Shown here: in pieces, positions 13,426 to 24,796 of the stretch | How positions within the stretch are numbered: position 1 is the first letter of the stretch | Layout: every line of letters begins with the position of its first letter | Assembly: GCA_964016885.1 (NCBI GenBank) | Contig: OZ024740.1 | Location: forward strand, 387,624,001 to 387,688,000 | DNA from: Eledone cirrhosa | Taxonomy: Eukaryota | DNA: 64,000 nt | Direction of reading: 5' to 3' | Position numbers and translations under genes: made by a program | The notes under the pieces: model-generated | The model's database searches: none | What the model saw: only the letters and a program-made list of their open reading frames with translations | What the model was told of the DNA's origin: nothing

Positions 13426-13977
13426 CAAACAATGACAATGGTACAATATAAGTATGAACACACACATACTTATAGATGAAATAGTCCCTTCAAGAAAAGA
13501 ACGTTGCAGGTGTTATATTTCTATATTGATTATTGTTAGCAGTGTTATTGCGTAGGAATAGAATTTAACATTGAATTGTCAATGGAATTCAATATATTCA
13601 TTACAATAATTAAATGAACAAACCAATTTGAAACGTTGGATTTTTCATTAACACATCCATCCATGAATGAGACATTAGTCTCACTAATAACAGTTTAATT
13701 ATAATCGAATATGCGTTCGATAGTTTTATATCGAATGATAATAATATTATTAATATTCGATTCGTTTGCAAGCAAACAGCCTCTTAACGCCATGTGTCTT
13801 AGATGACTATCATCATCCTATTGTTTTAGCAGTAGCATAGAGAAACAATCGACAATTGTTTTGGTGTTATTGCTCCTTGTCAAGATTGTGTATCTCCTTT
13901 GCTGCTACACACACACACACATTCTCTCCCTCTTCCCCTCTCTCTCTTTCTTTCTTTCTCTATTTCTCTCTCTCTCT

Positions 13978-14079
<102 letters not shown>

Positions 14080-14139
14080 CTCATGTCCTGATGAATCTAC
14101 GTGTAACATCATATTCATATTCAAGATCAATCCAGATGA

Positions 14140-14860
14140 AAGGCATTGAAAGTGAATATGAAGATTGTAGGAATTGACAAAAAACAAAACATGGAAAGTT
14201 TAGCAGTGGAACGTTCTACCAAGTGTTCAAAAATATGAGATGGTGTGAAAACCCTTGATCAAAACAGGCTAATGCAAGTATATATTAACTCTTTAGCATT
14301 TAAACCGGCCATATCTGGCCAGAATTCTCTCACCTCTTTCTGTTCAAATCAGTTATAACTGGCTGCTCATGCTTATGTTAAAGTATTGTTTTTAAAATAA
14401 ATAGTATCAAGATATAGCAGATTCGATATTATGTGAGATAATTATGTGAAATAAAGTGTTTTCCATGAAAATACAATAGTTAATATAGAGTAATGTAAAT
14501 GCTAAAGTGTTAAGAGAAATATAAGAAAATAAACAGCCTCTAAGGGAATATGAAATCAATGGGACGTTTTCTACTTGTAGTGTTTATGGCAGAATCTGCC
14601 TGTCAGAGGTTGGGTTTCAATCTCACATAAAATCACACAATAGGGCCCTTCCTACTGACTATAAAACATACAAACCAGTTTACCCCTATCAATGCCACGT
14701 ATGCCACAATTCTGCAAATATCAAGGAGGTCTAAAGAGACATTTCAAAGTTCATCAAGATACAGAGGAAGTTTAAGCTGCACCAACTGTAATATGCAAGT
14801 CATGTGGACGGCCCTTTAAAAGTATGTCTGGTTTAAAAAGTCATATAAGATCTTATGACA
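14140..14860 (+). pseudogene. RTE-clade LINE 3' remnant with three degenerate C2H2 zinc fingers
   Basis: ALKVNMKIVGID...ESLAVERS, then CSVYGRICLSEVGFQSHIKSH, CHVCH..FCKYQGGLKRHFKVH and [21 protein letters not shown]; interrupted by a MITE. Confidence 0.7.
14285..14513. mobile_element. piggyBac-type MITE
   Basis: TTAA at both ends; TIR CTCTTTAGCATTTA / TAAATGCTAAAGTG; second copy inverted at 39092-39315. Confidence 0.8.
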
Positions 14861-14872
14861 TAACTGATCCTC

Positions 14873-14971
<99 letters not shown>

Positions 14972-15000
14972 TGTATATATATATGTGTATATATATATAT

Positions 15001-15300
15001 ATGGTGGCTGCCAACTCGTTTTCGAGTACGGCCACTACTTTATATCCATGTAGGAGAACCCCTACTGATGCGCTGAACGAATGTGACTTTAGTCCAGCCA
15101 GCGACTTGAAAACTCTGGTACAAACACTACACATGTGACAATTATTGACACATAGTGCTAGGCCCATGGTACCATGTGACGACAAGTGCAGAGAGATCTC
15201 CAGATATAAAGCAATGCCTGTGCCGTGAAGCTTTTATAGTAAGCAAAGGCACTGCACAAAGCCAGTCCCACTCTCTTAGCCAAGATGATATTTACCAAAA
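15001..15300 (-). mobile_element. Non-autonomous RTE-derived element, 5'-truncated copy
   Basis: Near-identical reverse complement of 21712-22011; contains the C2H2 remnant [17 protein letters not shown] and a 3' hairpin. Confidence 0.8.
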
Positions 15301-15346
<46 letters not shown>

Positions 15347-15349
<3 letters not shown>

Positions 15350-16270
15350 ATTCAAATTTATAGATATATGTATATATATATATATAGAGAGAGAGAAAGA
15401 GCTATATATCTTATGATAAAAACACTATTTTGTACACACACAAAACACGTATGTATCTTCAAATGGAAAAATGTTCCTATTTCTTATGAATCATGAAATG
15501 GCCATAAGGAAATAAGAATCTTTTCTCTTTGAAGTAAATATTCTTCATAGATATATGTGCTTTTTTGTGTGTGTGTACAAAATACTGTGTGTTTTTCTCA
15601 TAATGGCTCTTTCTCTCTCTCTATATATATATCTATAAATTTGAATTATTGATGCTCTGGAAAAACGTTCATCGAGCTTTTCTACTGAAAAGCACAAATA
15701 TCATACATGATATCTTACATCTGTATATAACAGCTCCAAATTCTTTATTTGTTGAGCTGCTGTGACTAATATTTCGCACTTCTTTCTAGCGGACATGATG
15801 TTCAGTTTTGTTTGTATCTACAGCCGTGGGTTAAACGTTATTACACCTCGCTGTATATCGTGTTGGCGTAACTCGTAAATCCTGGCAGATAAAAACAGGT
15901 ATTTTGTATAATATACTTTATTACAACTTTATTTAATTGACGTAATTCCTCTGATGATTGATTCTTGTCTCCCATAACTTAATCAAAATCGATAGTTGGT
16001 GATCGATGATCGATTGCTTAGATTTTAAGTTATGGTTCTCCTTGAATTGTGAAATGGCAATAAGGAAATAAGAACTTTTTCTATCCGAAGTACGTATTCT
16101 TCATAGAGATATATGTGCTTTTAGTGTGTCTACAAAATACTGTTTCTCATAAGATATATGGCTCTTTTTCTCCCTCTCTCTATATATACACATATATATA
16201 TATTTGAATCATTTATGCTCTAGACAAACGTCCATTGAGCTTTTCTACTGAGAAGCACAAATCCACATAA
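15347..16270 (+). mobile_element. Non-coding PLE-like unit: inverted repeat, direct repeats and a degenerate HHR
   Basis: 15347-15490 is an inverted copy of about 15500-15650; 15495-15710 is repeated directly at 16050-16270; CTGATGA...AATC-AAAA-TCGA-TA at 15951-15994; diverged relative at about 36125-36470. Confidence 0.55.
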
Positions 16271-16360
16271 TACCGTGTGGATGTGTTACCATTACAACAA
16301 GGAAAGCCTCACTTTGCAATGCTAGTGAAACCACGCGTAAGTAAGTAAGTAAAAAATTAT

Positions 16361-16983
16361 TTAAGTAAGTAAGTAAAAAATTTTTTGAAAAATTTTTTTG
16401 AAAAAGATTTTCTTATTTTACGTCTTTTATATTATTGTTCTGCATCCTCCTGCATTGAACCACCTAGGTACTATGACATAACCTGTGTATTTGCTGGCAT
16501 AGGCGTGCATCTGTGCGCTTATGTTGGTTGATATATTAAATTATCTATATTTATCTCCAAATCACTGATTTGTCGAGCAAACCTGCCAAAACCACTTCTA
16601 AAAAAATTTTTTGGGAGGTGTTAGTAGGCGTCAGTCATCTTACCATCCCATTCCTTCTGACTAGCCTCTGTGTCACGTGATTGATTCTTTAGAATCGGCC
16701 ATTTGACTAGAAGCAGTGAGGATTTCAGTACATGGAATTCAGTCCTCGCCAGCTGTTCTATCTACCGAATTATTATTATTTTTATATGAGCCGCCAGTGT
16801 CCGCGCATTGCCTGGAGACTTAGCTGAGAATAGACTCCCTGATGACGCAATGAATTCTCGACAGTTAGATTACGTAACTGTCTTTATCCCATTGCAGAAA
16901 CTAATTAGTTGGAGTGAAAATTTAAGTAAGTAAGTAAAAAATTTTTTGAAAAAATTTTTTGAAAAAGATTTTCTTATTTTACG

Positions 16984-16990
<7 letters not shown>
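16361..16990 (+). mobile_element. Short non-coding HHR element with a partial direct terminal repeat (retrozyme-like)
   Basis: 16361-16430 is repeated at 16921-16990, just 3' of the HHR; ends in (TA)n; partial relative at 23270-23352. Confidence 0.65.
16834..16915 (+). ncRNA. Type I hammerhead ribozyme with extended stem II
   Basis: ACTCC-CTGATGA-C-GCAATG...CATTGC-A-GAAA-CTAATTAG-TT-GGAGT: perfect stem I, palindromic stem III, GUU triplet, inner hairpin GACAGTTA/TAACTGTC. Confidence 0.85.
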
Positions 16991-17038
<48 letters not shown>

Positions 17039-17247
17039 TGTATCATATATATATATACATATATATATATATTATATATACATATATATATATTTTTTTT
17101 TAGTATATGTTGGTTGTTTACCGACATCTCAGTATGCAGATTGGAGCACTCCACGAAGTACGCAGGTTGGTTTGGTTACTCCGGAGTAATGTAAAATAAA
17201 ATAATTAAGTCAAATATTTAAAATTTGGCTTCGTTTATTAAAGATGT

Positions 17248-17302
17248 ACTGCTATATATATTTCGGTGACAGCCATCCTTGGCTGTGACATCTTCAGGTA
17301 GT
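17248..17302 (-). ncRNA. Type I hammerhead ribozyme (left arm of fold-back)
   Basis: Minus strand ACTAC-CTGAAGA-TGTC-ACAGCCA-AGGA-TGGCTGT-CACC-GAAA-TATATA-TA-GCAGT; one mismatch in stem I. Confidence 0.65.
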
Positions 17303-17449
17303 CCGAATTGGTGTGGTAGAGACAGGTACGCATGTTGGTTCCAGTTCCTCAGAGAAATAACAACCCAACCAGGAGCTGGGCATATCGGAGTATTGACGGA
17401 GTAAAACACGTCAACAACATGTGTACCTGTCTCTACCACACCAATTCAG

Positions 17450-17504
17450 ACCACCTGAAGAGATCACAGCCAAGGATGGCTGTTACCGAAATATATATAA
17501 CAGT
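17450..17504 (+). ncRNA. Type I hammerhead ribozyme, more decayed (right arm of fold-back)
   Basis: CTGAAGA...ACAGCCA-AGGA-TGGCTGT...GAAA-TATATA-TA; stem I damaged; arms are 17193-17337 and 17415-17557. Confidence 0.55.
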
Positions 17505-17578
17505 ACATCTTTAATAAACGAAGCCAAATTTTAAATATTTGACTTTATTTTATTTTATGTATATATATATATATATAT

Positions 17579-17768
17579 GAAAAAGTTTAACCCCGACGGC
17601 AGAGCTCAAACCGTTTCGACGGCTATTTCTGGACTCAGAAATAGCCGTCGAAACGGCATGAGCTCTGCCGTCGGGGTTAAACTTTTTCCTATTACACACT
17701 CTACTACCCTAAGTATTGAGTAAACTGGTGCGTTATGGTCCATCTAGTTCCTTACCACACCTCCTTCG

Positions 17769-17770
<2 letters not shown>
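17579..17770. mobile_element. Head-to-head solo family T terminus inside (TA)n
   Basis: 17579-17634 is an inverted partial copy and 17635-17770 a full direct copy; TA repeats on both sides. A further 3' fragment lies at 18366-18420 on the minus strand. Confidence 0.85.
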
Positions 17771-17846
<76 letters not shown>

Positions 17847-17898
17847 GTAATAAAATGAAAACGAAATTTCATTTCTCACTCTTAGTACGGCACTTACT

Positions 17899-17956
17899 TA
17901 AATGTAAGTATGTATGTATACGTACATACATATATGTATACAGACGTACAGTAGCA

Positions 17957-18038
<82 letters not shown>

Positions 18039-18319
18039 CAGGTACACATACATATATGTACGTATCAGTTTAGCGGACGCTTATTATAGCGCCCGCTTTG
18101 TTCGTTTGTGTTGAACAAAAAGGTGACGTGGTTGCCTTAACACCGTGCGGCATAAATTCAGGCTGTTCAGTTTGTTTACAAACGAACAAAGCGGGCGCTA
18201 TAATAAGCGTCCGCTAAACTGATACGTACATATATGTATGTGTACCTGTATGTATATATATATACATACTACTGTACGTCTGTATACATATATGTATGTA
18301 CGTATACATACATACTTAC

Positions 18320-18367
<48 letters not shown>

Positions 18368-18598
18368 CGAACTAGATGGTAAGGAACTAGATGGACCATA
18401 ACGCACCAGTGTACTCAATGTACGGCGTAATTCGGGCTGTTTGTTTGTTTACAAACAAACAGCCCGAATTACGCATTATAATAAATGTTCGGTAAACCGA
18501 TACGTGCATATATATATATGTGTGTGCATGTATGTATATATATATACATACCACTGTACGTCTGTATACATATATGTATGTACGTATACATACATACT

Positions 18599-18603
<5 letters not shown>
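17899..18603. repeat. Fold-back repeat family: inverted pair plus a diverged third copy with a perfect hairpin
   Basis: 17899-18108 is inverted relative to 18178-18324; third copy at 18425-18603 contains GCGTAATTCGGGCTGTTTGTTTGT-TT-ACAAACAAACAGCCCGAATTACGC. Confidence 0.8.
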
Positions 18604-18663
<60 letters not shown>

Positions 18664-18856
18664 GAAAATAGAGTAATTAGTGTGAGCAAGAAGCAAACAG
18701 TAATTCATACATATAAGTGACTATTAAGATGGAAAATATTTAACGTCAGATATGGGAAAATAATTCAATCTCAATTCAAAACGAGTCAAGACAGAAATTT
18801 TATCCACAGATTTTGTGTAATTCAGGGAAAAAACCAATAGAATCTTAACTCAGAAT

Positions 18857-18925
<69 letters not shown>

Positions 18926-20209
18926 TAACGGCCTATTTGTATGTGGGTCATTTTAACGGCTTGATTCATTCACCGGGCAGAAGGCGATACATCTACATCT
19001 ACGTAGATTTATGTCTAGTAGGCTTGGAAAAGCTATCTGTAGAGCTTTATCTTTCCATCGGAAATTCTCTGAAATTCCAATCTTTTGATAAGCGAAACCG
19101 TCGGTCATGGCACCAGAATAGGTAAATATTTAAATCGTATTTTAATTTATTTAAAAGATTGTCTAATGTTTACTTGTTCCGCTCATATATATATGTATAT
19201 ATATATTTATATATATATGATGAAACCGAGTTTTGAGCAAAATGTAGTTAAAATTGTGTCTTTCTTAAATATTTATTTTTGATTGCTATGTTCTTAATAC
19301 TATATACCAGGCATGTCAAACTGAGGGTCCACCGAGGGCCACATGAGTCACCTATGTGTTGTCTGAGGGCCACGCACGACAACTAATTCCGCACATTACA
19401 ACACATTTTTTAAATTTTATACGAAGATAAAACATGCCTGCTATATATTATTATACCTAAATATAATCTTGCTCATATAATGTTCTGCATTAGATTTTAT
19501 ATACAAAAGTATAGATTATATATACAAAAGTATAGATATTAGCCTGTATATAGCATATTTGAGCTGATTTATGGTATAATATGATTGAAATAATTTTTAT
19601 TTTAATCTACTTTTATAATGTTACTATTCCCTTTCAGTTAATTATTTTAATTCAAGTTAGGTTGAACTGTTAATTATTTTGAAGATCTTGTGGTCTATTT
19701 ATAATTTCCTTTCTTCCTCGTAGATAGCTATGTACGTGTATACAGAATTTATTTATAGCGAAACCACATTGATTTCGTAACATTACGTCTTCCCTTTGGC
19801 TCAGCTATTTGTTCAGTGTGAACAGGTTATTCCAACACAATATAAGTCATTTGAATTTTTCTAAAATAGATGTTAATTAATATAAGACTTGTTCACTGAT
19901 AAGTCGCGAGGGTATTAATTAGCAAATTAACAATGTTATTCTATTTTCTTAATCATGAGGACTGAGTAAAATGTAGGTAGCAATATATTTTCTTTAAATA
20001 TATTTTCCGCTTGCTATGTTCTTGAAATTAATACACGATATAATATTATACCTAAATATAATTTTGTATAAATAATGCTCTACAAAATATAGATTTTAGC
20101 CTGCATATTTGAAGTGATTTATGGTATAGTATATGTTTCACATAATTATTATTTTAATCTACCTATATATATATATATTATATATATATATATTTACACA
20201 CACACACAC

Positions 20210-20210
20210 A

Positions 20211-20286
<76 letters not shown>

Positions 20287-20290
20287 CACA

Positions 20291-20366
<76 letters not shown>
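20210..20366. repeat. (GCAC)n/(CA)n microsatellite
   Basis: Direct reading. Confidence 0.98.
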
Positions 20367-20372
<6 letters not shown>

Positions 20373-20380
20373 GGTAGATT

Positions 20381-20490
20381 AAAATAACAGATTAAAGTTT
20401 AAGCAAAGAATCGCTACTTTCACCCTTAACGGGATCTTCTGAAACATTTCAGAAGATCACTTTAAGGGTGCAAGCAGTGATTCTTTGCTT
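20381..20490. mobile_element. Head-to-head solo Naiad terminus made of two CAGAAGA-core HHRs
   Basis: 20396-20445 (minus) is an intact copy of the 27032-27084 HHR; 20447-20490 (plus) is decayed (GAAA to GCAA). Confidence 0.8.
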
Positions 20491-21096
20491 TATATATATA
20501 TTTGTGATAATTCGTTGTTTTTCTCTACGAAAAAAAAAGGAATGTAAAATTATGTGTTGTAGTTGTTAATTTGATTTTGAACTCACATCTTAGTACATAG
20601 ATTTACGCCCATAAACTATAATGCTGCTTAATGAAATTCTTCCATATTACGCGTGCTTCATATTTTATTTGTTGAAACACCTGCAATACAATAGAAATCG
20701 CCTAAATTCCTTCCTAATTCTTGCATTTGTTATTTGTTATCTGTGCAATCCCACCCACGCAATACTCTGCATTTGTATATTTAATGACGCAATTTCTGAT
20801 TCCAAACGTCTTATATCTTGTATGAATATATGTGTATATACATTTAATATAAAGAATAGTATCCACATGCACAGAGATGCTATAAAATAGGGTGATGACC
20901 GTTAATGACGGAAAAAGAAGTTATATATATATATATATGAGTGAGTGTGTATGTGTGTATGTATGTGTCTGTGTGTGTTCAGCATCTACTTCAAAATCTA
21001 ATTGCATACTAAATGTAAATGCCAATATATACATGTTTTTTTCCAGTAAAAATGTATTTGATTTTACCAAGTAGAATATGTCCATGAATCAGCCAA

Positions 21097-21283
21097 ATAA
21101 TTGTTTCTACCTTTGGCACAAGGCCAGCAATTACCCAGTGTATTACTGGTACTTTATTTTATCGACCTCATAAGGATGAAAGACAAAGTTAACATCGGCG
21201 GGATTTGAACTCAGAATGGAAAGGGCCGAAACTCTATGCGTCAAAGCATGGCGTCCGACCTTCTACCGATACTGGCAATCCAT
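21097..21283 (-). mobile_element. S1 SINE
   Basis: Aligns to the S1 consensus. Further copies at 27464-27585 (+), 34330-34510 (+, diverged), 41705-41917 (-), 47680-47800 (+, diverged) and 52855-52905 (+, tail only). Confidence 0.9.
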
Positions 21284-21604
21284 CAGCCAAATAATGAATT
21301 CAAAACTTGATGCCAGTTACAGATGTCCACAACCGATTTTCTTTCTTCAGAATTGATGCAGCCTGAAGTCAGGCATATGCAATAATACGCATACAATATA
21401 TGTACACATAGATACAATGACAGACATCTACACACGCACATATATGTATATGAATATATATATATATAGATATATATCTGTGTGTGTGTGTGTAAATATT
21501 TATATATATATATACATACATACATACATACATACATACATACATACATACATACATACATACATACATACATACACACACAGATATGTATGTATGTATG
21601 TATG

Positions 21605-22011
21605 AGAGATGACCCCTTAGCCTTTGTCAAGGCAGAATTCTAGGAGAAGGAAAACTCTGATATAACACCTGCAACCCTGATGGTATCCAATGATGTTGAC
21701 TTTTTCTTCTTTTTGGTAAATATCATCTTGGTTAAGAGAGTGGGACTGGCTTTGTGCAGTGCCTTTGCTCACTATAAAAGCTTCACGGCACAGGCATTGC
21801 TTTATATCTGGAGATCTCTCTGCACTTGTCGTCATATGGTACCATGGGCCCAGCACTATGTGTCAATAATTGTCACAAGTGTAGTGTTTGTACCAGAGTT
21901 TTCAAGTCGCTGGCTGGACTAAAAAGTCACACTCGTTCAGCGCATCAGTAGGGGTTCTCCTACATGGATATAAAGTAGTGGCCGTACTCGAAAACGAGTT
22001 GGCAGCCGCCA
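21605..22011 (+). mobile_element. Non-autonomous bipartite RTE-derived element
   Basis: 5' block CTAGGAGAAGGAAAACTCTG resembles RTE 5' UTRs; 3' C2H2 remnant and hairpin ACTCG-AAAA-CGAGT; ends in (ATGT)n and is preceded by (TATG)n. Confidence 0.7.
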
Positions 22012-22149
22012 TGTATGTATGTATGTATGTATGTATGTATGTATGTATGTATGTATGTATGTATGTATGTATGTATATGTATGTATGTATATATGTATGT
22101 ATGTATGTATATGTCTCTTTCTCTTAATTTCGAGTATTTTTTTTTTGAC

Positions 22150-22428
22150 CGGGCACCTTCCTGGTGGCAAGGTTGTAAAAGAAAAGAAATTGTCATCCCT
22201 TGAATAGCAAGAATGTTTTGCAAATTTTGAAGGTGCCAGCTATCGCAGCCATTTGTAGACTATGAATTAGGGAGCTGCGCTTTTTGTCCGCAAATCCAAG
22301 TTCAGTCATACTTTGGTCCAAGCAGGTTGGTATATAACCCGTAGCTCCAATAATGATGGGTATGAAGCTAAAGGTGTATCTTGGATACTGGATTTGTAAA
22401 CTCCTCATCAATGGTCTGTAGATGTCCT
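22150..22428 (-). pseudogene. 3' end of an RLE-type (R4/NeSL-like) LINE
   Basis: [23 protein letters not shown]...LGF...LQMAAIAGTFKICKTF fits an RLE C-terminus; lies between microsatellites. Confidence 0.65.
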
Positions 22429-22540
22429 CCTATGTATGTATATATATATGTATGTATGTATGAATGTATGTATATATATATATGTATGTATGTATATATG
22501 TATGTATATATATATATATGTATGTATGTATGTATATATG

Positions 22541-22616
<76 letters not shown>

Positions 22617-23035
22617 TGTATATATATGTATATGTATATATATGTATATATATGTATGTATGTATATATATGTATGTATGTATATAAATATATGTATGTA
22701 TATATATATATGTATGTATGTATATATATATTTGTTTTATATGTATGTATATATATTTGTTTTATATGTATGTATATATATACATATATATGTATGTATA
22801 TATATATATATACATATATATATATGTATGTATATATATATATATATATTATATATATATATTATATATATATTATATATATTATATATATGTATATTAT
22901 ATATATCATACATATTATATATATATTACATATATATATATTTATATGTATGTATATATATATATTATATATATATTATATATATTATATATATGTATAT
23001 TATATATATCATATATATTATATATATATTACACG

Positions 23036-23072
<37 letters not shown>

Positions 23073-23095
23073 CATATATATTATATATATATTAC

Positions 23096-23154
<59 letters not shown>

Positions 23155-23173
23155 ATATATATTATATATATAT

Positions 23174-23238
<65 letters not shown>

Positions 23239-23346
23239 GTATATTACACACATCTTCGGAAAATATATTTATTCCATTCCAGAAACTAATTAGTTGGAAG
23301 TGATATTTTAGTAAGTAAGTTAATTTTATAATTTTCTTATTTTACG

Positions 23347-23496
<150 letters not shown>

Positions 23497-23507
23497 TATA
23501 TATATAT

Positions 23508-23552
<45 letters not shown>

Positions 23553-24227
23553 TATATATATACACACACATATATATATATTTCCCGAGGGATGGATGAA
23601 CAGACATGTGAATTTTTCTCCAAAAATTATGTTTTCTGTTTCTGTCTCTCCTCACACTCCATTTTATTTTTGTATGTATTATTTCTCATTCTATCTCCTG
23701 ATATAGGACTAGCGTTCGGAATATTAACACCCTTTCATTACTGTATCAATTGTTAAACTAATATATATGTTCATTATTCTGAATTGTTTGCTTTGCTTTT
23801 TTTTCATATACTTTTCACACACACACACACACACACACATTGACAGACATACAGACAGACGACAGACAGACACACACACACACACACACACACATTTGAA
23901 AAAAGTGTCTCGTGAGGCTAAAAAGAAACGAATGAATATAAAATATGGCAAAGACAGGAAAATGAACGAATACAGAGTCCCATCCCATCAGTCAACCACA
24001 AGGGACATGTTGTTGCACAATGGACTGTAACAAATGGACAAAACGATATTCTTAACGACTATAGTCGTTAAGACTCTCATCTAGTCCTTCATCCATTTGT
24101 AACTCTACCTTGTGCACTAGAGCCAGCTGTATCGATCTTAAAGCACTGAATCATATCTCTAACGGTCGACTGATGAGATGGGACTGTCTCTATTCGTTCA
24201 CTTTCCTGTCTTCGGCCATATGTTTTA

Positions 24228-24304
<77 letters not shown>

Positions 24305-24391
24305 GTATGTATGTATATATGTATGTATGTATATATGTATGTATGTATATATATATATGTATGTATGTATATATATATATTTATGTATGTA

Positions 24392-24424
<33 letters not shown>

Positions 24425-24515
24425 ATATATATATGTATGTATATGTATGTATATATATATGTATGTATAGATGTATGTCTGTATGTATATATATTTGTAT
24501 GTATATATATATACG

Positions 24516-24624
<109 letters not shown>

Positions 24625-24796
24625 ATAAAACATATATATATATATACATATATATGTATATATACGTATATATACGTATATTTCAACGGCATATGTAACA
24701 AGGAACATTGCCGTTTTATCCAATTCGACATCAACAATTACTACTCCTCCATCACTTTACTTCTCCTTAGAGCTATCAATTTCGCTAAAACACTCA

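Noticed and set aside
14082-14155. CTGATGA-ATCT...AGAT-GAAA as a hammerhead
   Set aside because: Stems I and III do not pair well and the 3' side is already RTE coding sequence.
18975-19112. GAAACC-GTC-GGTC as the 3' half of a long hammerhead
   Set aside because: No matching CUGANGA with pairing stems I and II upstream.
22381-23303. Long YI/CV/HT-rich ORFs here and at other microsatellites
   Set aside because: They are translations of (TA)n, (TG)n and (CA)n, which lack stop codons; not genes.
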